A stretch of 64,000 bases of DNA from Bacteroidetes bacterium GWE2_42_24 (GTDB taxonomy: Bacteria > Bacteroidota > Bacteroidia > Bacteroidales > TTA-H9): the NCBI GenBank assembly GCA_001768515.1, contig MEOA01000012.1, positions 9,275-73,274 on the forward strand, in the 5' to 3' direction. The position numbers were made by a program, and so were the translations under genes. Shown here piece after piece: positions 58,036 to 64,000 of this stretch. Within the stretch, counting starts at the first letter, position 1. The number at the start of each line of letters is the position of its first letter. The notes under the pieces were generated by a model that was given only the letters and a program-made list of their open reading frames with translations, did no database searches and was not told the DNA's origin.

Positions 58036-60924
58036 ATGATCACCAACAATTTTACCCGTCGTCACAACGGACCAGGTCCTAAGGATGTGGAGAAGATGCT
58101 TCAGAAAATTGGCGTCAGCTCAATTGATCAATTGATCGACGAAACTGTTCCGGCCGCCATCAGATTAGAAAAACCGCTGAATCTCCCTGCAGGGCTCAAC
58201 GAATATGAGACCTTCAACCACCTGAAAGAGGTTGGTGGCCGCAATAAACTATATCGCAGCTACATCGGCATGGGCTACTACAACACGATTATCCCCGGTG
58301 TTATCCTCCGCAATATCTTAGAAAACCCGGGCTGGTATACAAGTTATACTCCTTACCAGGCTGAAATTAGTCAGGGACGTCTGGAAGCCTTACTGAATTT
58401 TCAGACAATGGTAAGCGACCTTACCGCTATGCCAATGTCCAACTGTTCGTTGCTTGACGAAGCAACTGCAGCAGCAGAAGCCATGATCATGGCTTTCAAT
58501 TCCCGTTCACGCCAGGCGGTGAAACGCAATGCAATAAAGTTTTTCGTGAGCAACACCCTGTTTGCCCAAAGTATCGACGTGCTTCGTACACGCGCCTTAC
58601 CTCTTGGTATTGAACTGGTAGAAGGTTGTCATAAAGAATTCAAACCCACTTCCGAATACTTTGGTGCCATTGTTCAATATCCCGACGAGCGGGGTTCTGT
58701 CAATGATTATGCCGAACTCACAACCGACATCCACGCAGTGGAAGGGATGATGCTGGTAGTAGCCGATATACTCAGCCTATCCTTACTGACACCTCCGGGC
58801 GAATGGGGGGCTGACGTTGTGGTTGGCTCAACCCAGCGTTTTGGTATCCCACTAGGATACGGCGGACCTCATGCAGCCTTTCTGTCCGCTCGTGATGAAT
58901 TCAAACGCAACATGCCAGGACGTATTATTGGCATCACAGTCGATGCTGATGGTAACAGAGCCCTACGCATGGCATTGCAAACCCGTGAACAGCATATCAA
59001 ACGCGAAAAAGCCACCTCAAACATCTGCACTGCCCAGGCCCTGCTGGCCACAATGGCAAGCATGTATGCTGCATTCCACGGTCCTGAAGGGATTAGAGAA
59101 ATCGCTCGCAACATCAACATTCTGGCTGGTGTATTAAGTCTGGAAGTCCAGAAATATGGTTACAAACAACTCAACCAATTCTTTTTCGACACTGTTCAGA
59201 TCAGCCTCCCGGAACGAGTAAACCTGGAAGAAATCAGGAAGATGGCGCTGGATAATAAAATGAATTTCCGTTACATCGATGGTCAGACCATCGGCATCAG
59301 CATTGATGAAACAACCACGCTTGCCGAGGTTAACATCATGCTCAGCATTTTTGCCCGGGCTGCCGGTAAAATATTCAGCGAATTCGTTTGTGTTCCCTCA
59401 GAATGCAGGAACATCACAACAATCCCGCAACAATTCACAAGAACCAGCAGCTACCTTACGCATGATGTTTTCAATAATTATCACAGTGAGACTGAACTGA
59501 TGCGTTACATCAAACGACTTGAAGAGAAAGATCTGTCGCTCAACCGTTCGATGATTCCTCTTGGATCGTGCACCATGAAACTCAATGCAGCAACCGAACT
59601 GTTCCCTTTGAGCTGGCCTGAATTCAATGCCCTGCACCCCTTTGTTCCCGCCGATCAGGCCGAGGGTTATAGCTTTATGATCAATGAAATGGAACGGATT
59701 TTCAGCGAGATTACAGGCTTTGCAGCCATGTCGTTCCAGCCTAATTCAGGTGCTGCCGGTGAATATGCAGGACTTATGGTCATACGTGAATACCACCGCA
59801 GTCGCGGAGATTTCCACCGCAACGTTTGTCTGATTCCATCCTCAGCCCATGGCACCAATCCTGCCTCTGCTCACATGGCCGGGATGGAAGTGGTTGTAAC
59901 CAGATGCGACGAAAACGGCAATATTGACATCGCCGACCTGAGATCGAAAGCCGAACAATACAGCAATAACCTCGCTGCCCTAATGGTAACCTATCCTTCG
60001 ACACACGGTGTATTTGAAGAAGGAATTCTCGAAATCGTCGACATTATCCACCAAAATGGAGGTCAGGTTTATATGGATGGGGCCAACATGAATGCACAGG
60101 TTGGACTTACCAACCCGGGCCATATCCATGCCGATGTTTGTCATCTGAACCTCCACAAGACCTTCGCCATCCCACACGGTGGTGGTGGCCCTGGAGTAGG
60201 CCCTATTGGAGTTGCTACCCATCTTGTACAATTCCTTCCGGGACATAAGATCGTGAAAACAGGCGGAAATCAAGCCATCACGGCTGTTTCGGCCGCACCT
60301 TTTGGCAGTGCACTCGTGCTTACCATCAGCTATGCCTACATTAAACTAATGGGAAGTAACGGTCTGACCGATGCAACAAAGTACGCCATTTTAAATGCAA
60401 ATTACCTGAAAGCCTGCCTAAATGACGACTATAAAATCCTTTACACAGGCAAGAACGGGCATGTAGCTCATGAAATGATTCTCGACTGCAATAAATTCCA
60501 CCTCTCAGCCGATGTACAGGTGATCGACATTGCCAAACGAATGATGGACTATGGCTTCCATGCCCCGACCGTTGCTTTTCCGGTTCACGGCACCTTAATG
60601 GTAGAGCCTACCGAAAGTGAGCCACTGAGTGAACTCGATCGGCTGGTAGATGCCCTAAAGGCCATCAGACTGGAAATTACAGAAATTGAAGAAGGACGCG
60701 CCGACAAAGCGAATAACCTGATCAAAAATGCTCCCCATACGGCCATGTTGGCTACTGCCGACAACTGGACATTACCTTATACCCGTCGTCAGGCTGTTTT
60801 CCCGATGCCCTGGAGCAACATCGATAAATACTGGCCTACCGTACGCCGCGTTGATGATGCTTACGGCGATCGCAATCTTGTATGCACTTGCCAGCCAATT
60901 GAAGCTTATATGACGCACGAATAA
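58036..60924 (+). CDS. gcvP: Glycine dehydrogenase (aminomethyl-transferring), single-chain P-protein
   Basis: 962 aa with full-length GcvP architecture (..SYIGMGYYNTIIP..PYQAEISQGRLEALLNFQT.., and the PLP-Lys region NLHKTFAIPHGGGGPG). Confidence 0.95.
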   Translation: MITNNFTRRHNGPGPKDVEKMLQKIGVSSIDQLIDETVPAAIRLEKPLNLPAGLNEYETFNHLKEVGGRNKLYRSYIGMGYYNTIIPGVILRNILENPGWYTSYTPYQAEISQGRLEALLNFQTMVSDLTAMPMSNCSLLDEATAAAEAMIMAFNSRSRQAVKRNAIKFFVSNTLFAQSIDVLRTRALPLGIELVEGCHKEFKPTSEYFGAIVQYPDERGSVNDYAELTTDIHAVEGMMLVVADILSLSLLTPPGEWGADVVVGSTQRFGIPLGYGGPHAAFLSARDEFKRNMPGRIIGITVDADGNRALRMALQTREQHIKREKATSNICTAQALLATMASMYAAFHGPEGIREIARNINILAGVLSLEVQKYGYKQLNQFFFDTVQISLPERVNLEEIRKMALDNKMNFRYIDGQTIGISIDETTTLAEVNIMLSIFARAAGKIFSEFVCVPSECRNITTIPQQFTRTSSYLTHDVFNNYHSETELMRYIKRLEEKDLSLNRSMIPLGSCTMKLNAATELFPLSWPEFNALHPFVPADQAEGYSFMINEMERIFSEITGFAAMSFQPNSGAAGEYAGLMVIREYHRSRGDFHRNVCLIPSSAHGTNPASAHMAGMEVVVTRCDENGNIDIADLRSKAEQYSNNLAALMVTYPSTHGVFEEGILEIVDIIHQNGGQVYMDGANMNAQVGLTNPGHIHADVCHLNLHKTFAIPHGGGGPGVGPIGVATHLVQFLPGHKIVKTGGNQAITAVSAAPFGSALVLTISYAYIKLMGSNGLTDATKYAILNANYLKACLNDDYKILYTGKNGHVAHEMILDCNKFHLSADVQVIDIAKRMMDYGFHAPTVAFPVHGTLMVEPTESEPLSELDRLVDALKAIRLEITEIEEGRADKANNLIKNAPHTAMLATADNWTLPYTRRQAVFPMPWSNIDKYWPTVRRVDDAYGDRNLVCTCQPIEAYMTHE

Positions 60925-60949
60925 ACCATCCTGCACAAATATAACAAAA

Positions 60950-60978
60950 GGCCCACGGCGAAAGCTGTGGGCCTTTTT
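60950..60978 (+). terminator. Rho-independent terminator after gcvP
   Basis: GGCCCAC-ggcgaaagct-GTGGGCC is followed by TTTTT, 26 nt after the stop. Confidence 0.8.
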
Positions 60979-61731
60979 ATAATCAAGCCGGTCACACTTC
61001 AAGCCAACAGACGATAAAATCATTCCGGTAAAAACTTCTCATCAGAACAAATGCTGCTATTATAAAACATATCGGATAAGATTATCAAAAAACATGATAC
61101 AGAAATTCTCTGTAAGAATTTTCACTCTTCCCGGGCGGGTTAGAAAATTTCGTCTAAAGTCGATGCTGACAACACCTGCCCCTAAATATTAACTTCAAAA
61201 CCAACTACCATTACAGCTCATGGCAAATAATCTGCCATCATTTGTGCGATACCTTCAAAAGCCGGTATTTGAATGGACGTGACTCTTTTAGCAAAACATG
61301 CAGCCATAATGAGCGTGTTTAAACCCACACCGAAGAGCAGCTAACAATGTGTCAAACAAATAAAAAATTGCCAGCCTAATCTAAATCCCGGCCAAAACTA
61401 CACAAAAAAGACAGCTTGTTAACCAAACAATACCCTGAATAAATACCATATGGGAACCAAATCCGCACCAGCTACCTTTAATTTCCCTGTCACACTGATT
61501 CAATACCAACAACTTTGAAGGAACTCAGAAAAGGATTCACATCATTTTTTTGCCTCCAAATTTCAGACATTATTCCAATTTGCAGAGATGTATTTATGGT
61601 TGACTCACCCCCTCTTTTGAAAAATTTTACACTTTTTTTAAAAAATTTTATGTGAACTTGATCACGGAAGCTTGTTTTTTTAACAATTGATTATTAGTTA
61701 CTTACGATTCGGTTTTACCCTATAGTCGCCC

Positions 61732-61760
61732 CAAAGTCATACCAAAGTTAGGTCAAAGTT
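61732..61760. repeat. Three CAAAGT(T) hexamers phased at exactly 11 bp
   Basis: CAAAGT occurs at 61732-37, 61743-48 and 61754-59, in the context CCAAAGTCATA CCAAAGTTAGG TCAAAGTTATC. All lie inside the long ORF-free spacer. Confidence 0.7.
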
Positions 61761-62280
61761 ATCTTTTTCTTATGTATCGCCTATTGCTGTAGTAACGTTT
61801 GAGTATCCTATATATGAAGAAGTCTTAACTATATGTAATTTTTGGCACGGTTTTAGGAGTGATACATCGCAGCAAATTTTCACATGGGATTAATCGGGTC
61901 AGCACACCTACCGGTTATTCAACAACTCCACCAATTATTTAATACCGTACATGACGTTATATACGTTTATAAAGCTAAAGGTCAGCCCATGCAATCACTA
62001 TGGTTTGTGTTGGAGCGGCGTGATCACTTTTAACAAATATTTACCCTGGTTACCATATTCCCGAGAAAGAATCCGAAAACGCCTTCAGATTTGGCAAGAG
62101 AAACGATCAGCAGAACCTCAAAGAATCATTCAGGAATCGTCTCATTAAATTCTGTCAAAACAGTACTTACTACAAGAAAGCCAGTAGTGACCTATTATAC
62201 ATGTCATAAGCAACACTATTTTGAAAATCTAATCGACAAAGCAATGCACCTCCTTTGCCAAAATGTCAGCATTTAATCAC

Positions 62281-62296
62281 TGGCACAACATTTGAA
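62281..62296 (+). promoter_or_regulatory. Near-consensus sigma-54-type -24/-12 element upstream of htpG
   Basis: TGGCACaacatTTGAa compared with the consensus TGGCACG-N4-TTGCW. The spacing is correct and the only -12 deviation is C to A. It ends 35 nt upstream of the htpG ATG (62331). Confidence 0.35.
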
Positions 62297-62330
62297 ACCA
62301 TCGCCACCAGTAAATCAAATTTTAAGAACG

Positions 62331-64000
62331 ATGCAAAAAGGAAAAATTAATGTTCAGACTGAGAACATTTTCCCCATTATCAAGAAGTTTCTCTATTCCG
62401 ACCACGAAATCTTCCTGCGTGAGTTGGTATCCAATGCGGTTGATGCCACCCAGAAATTAAAAGCTCTCGCTTCTATGGGTGAGTATACCGGTGATTTGGG
62501 AAATACCCGAATTGAAATTTTACTCGATTCAAAGAAAAAGACCCTGACCATCCGTGACCGGGGTATCGGCATGACTGCTGATGAAGTAGAACGGTACATC
62601 AACCAGATCGCTTTTTCAAGCGCAGAAGAATTCGTTAACAAATACAAAGGAAAAACCGAAGCTGAAACCACAGCCATTATTGGTCACTTCGGGTTAGGTT
62701 TCTACTCATCGTTTATGGTGAGCGATAAGGTAGAGGTCCTCACCCACAGCTACAAACCTGATTCCGAAACTGTGAGATGGGAATGTGATGGCAGTCCAGA
62801 TTATACACTTGAACCCGGGATACGGGAAGAACGTGGAACAGATATTATTTTGCACATCAGCGAAGAGTCAAAAGACTTCCTGGAAGAGTACAAGATTCTT
62901 GAATTACTGAAGAAATATTGCAAATTTCTCCCCGTTGAGATAGAATTCGGAACCGAGAAAACCAAAGAGAAGGTTGAGGGAGAAAAAGACAAAGACGGAA
63001 ATGATGTCTATAAAGACATAGAAACACCTCGTATTATCAACAACACTCATCCGGCCTGGACAATAAAACCCGCCGATATGACTGATGAAGATTACAAGAA
63101 ATTCTATAATGAGCTTTATCCCTATACCTTCGAGGAGCCCCTGTTCCACATTCATCTGAACGTTGACTATCCTTTTAACCTAACCGGCATCCTATACTTC
63201 CCAAAAGTAAAAGACAAGTTTGAAATTCAGAAGAATAAAATTCAGCTCTACAGTAATCAAGTATTTGTTACTGATCAGGTTGAAGGTATCGTTCCGGATT
63301 TCCTGACCCTGCTGCACGGCGTGATCGACTCTCCTGATATCCCGTTGAATGTTTCACGTTCATACCTGCAGAGTGATCCCAACGTTAAAAAAATATCGAG
63401 CCACATCTCCAAAAAGGTAGCCGACAAACTGGAAGAGATGTTTAAAAATGAACGTCCCTCGTTTGAACAGAAATGGAATGACATCAAGGTGTTTATTGCT
63501 TATGGGATGATCGCCGACACGAAATTCTACGAAAGAGCAGAGAAATTCTGCCTGTTACAAAACACCGAAGGGAAATTCTTCACCTTTGGTGAATATAAGG
63601 AACTGATCAGTAAGGATCAGACTGATAAAGACAAAAATCTGGTTTACCTCTATACAAATAACCCGGTAGAGCAACATTCCTATGTCGAAGCTGCACGTCA
63701 GAAAGGATATGATGTATTGGTAATGGACGGTGTACTCGACAGCCATTTTATCAACACACTGGAACCTAAGTTCGAGAAGTCAAAATTTACCCGTGTAGAC
63801 GGCGATATAGTTGAAAAGCTCATCGAAAAGGATGAAAAGCTTCCATGCAAACTTTCAGACGAACAGAAAGACCTGTTAAAACCACTATTCGAAGAAATGG
63901 TAGATAAAACAAGTTTTCATGTCCAGTTTGAAAGTATGAGTGAAACTGATCAGCCAGTCGTTATTACGCAAAGTGAATTCATGCGCCGATATAAAGAAAT
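62331..64000 (+). CDS. htpG: Molecular chaperone HtpG (Hsp90), 3'-truncated by the window end
   Basis: It is not in the ORF track because no stop is reached. Translation from ATG 62331 gives MQKGKINVQTENIFPIIKKFLYSDHEIFLRELVSNAVDATQKLK... with GHFGLGFYSSFMV and ..VVITQSEFMRRYKE, all typical of HtpG. Confidence 0.95.
   Translation, partial: MQKGKINVQTENIFPIIKKFLYSDHEIFLRELVSNAVDATQKLKALASMGEYTGDLGNTRIEILLDSKKKTLTIRDRGIGMTADEVERYINQIAFSSAEEFVNKYKGKTEAETTAIIGHFGLGFYSSFMVSDKVEVLTHSYKPDSETVRWECDGSPDYTLEPGIREERGTDIILHISEESKDFLEEYKILELLKKYCKFLPVEIEFGTEKTKEKVEGEKDKDGNDVYKDIETPRIINNTHPAWTIKPADMTDEDYKKFYNELYPYTFEEPLFHIHLNVDYPFNLTGILYFPKVKDKFEIQKNKIQLYSNQVFVTDQVEGIVPDFLTLLHGVIDSPDIPLNVSRSYLQSDPNVKKISSHISKKVADKLEEMFKNERPSFEQKWNDIKVFIAYGMIADTKFYERAEKFCLLQNTEGKFFTFGEYKELISKDQTDKDKNLVYLYTNNPVEQHSYVEAARQKGYDVLVMDGVLDSHFINTLEPKFEKSKFTRVDGDIVEKLIEKDEKLPCKLSDEQKDLLKPLFEEMVDKTSFHVQFESMSETDQPVVITQSEFMRRYKE

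Noticed and set aside
61906-61933. ..AACTCCACCA, a tRNA/tmRNA 3'-end-like sequence in the long spacer.
   Set aside because: The preceding 17 nt (ACCTA CCGGTTA TTCAA) cannot form a T-arm, and no tmRNA 5' partner is seen.
60979-62330. Considered whether the long AT-rich spacer could be the replication origin.
   Set aside because: I found no cluster of good DnaA boxes (TTATCCACA or its complement); the only matches are 6/9-type. No dnaA or dnaN gene is nearby.

Overview
This is a dense 64-kb chromosomal segment with about 47 protein-coding genes. It looks like a Bacteroidota (Bacteroidia-like) genome. Supporting this are T9SS-type C-terminal sorting domains, an SprB-type repeat, a CarboxypepD_reg-type TonB-dependent receptor, BatA-N/DUF4159 genes, TAnnTTTG-like promoter boxes and the frequent absence of Shine-Dalgarno sequences. 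Recognisable housekeeping genes are cysS, sbcD, crcB, tdk, elbB, ygiQ, queG, ruvB, rsmE, parC-like, gcvP and htpG (truncated at the window end). Between them lie several envelope and sensory modules:
- an orphan beta-propeller sensor kinase;
- OmpA-family and small beta-barrel proteins;
- a PorZ-like protein and a BNR-repeat T9SS cargo;
- an MFP-RND-TolC efflux operon divergent from a GAF-type sigma-54 activator;
- two paralogous tandem-USP genes flanking a SPOR gene;
- a TonB-receptor / TPR-like / LytS-type kinase / LytTR regulator operon;
- an SPFH + Arc-like pair;
- a DUF4159 / BatA-N / flavodiiron cluster.
I recognised no rRNA, tRNA, CRISPR array, transposase or integrase. No known defence system is recognisable, and all functional calls are motif-level reads of the translations without database searches.
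The items most worth a second look are:
1. A possible sigma-54 promoter plus paired dyad operators in front of the RND pump.
2. Two tandem secreted Cys-rich repeat proteins that lack a T9SS sorting domain but share a C-terminal PKPxTSxIxH[FY] tail.
3. Four head-to-tail 11-nt repeats in a 680-nt divergent spacer between a long DUF116-type gene and a DUF6266-like gene.
4. A roughly 1.35-kb ORF-free, AT-rich spacer upstream of htpG that carries 11-bp-phased CAAAGT repeats and a near-consensus -24/-12 element.
5. A thrice-repeated TAATTGCAA motif upstream of the TonB-receptor/LytTR operon.
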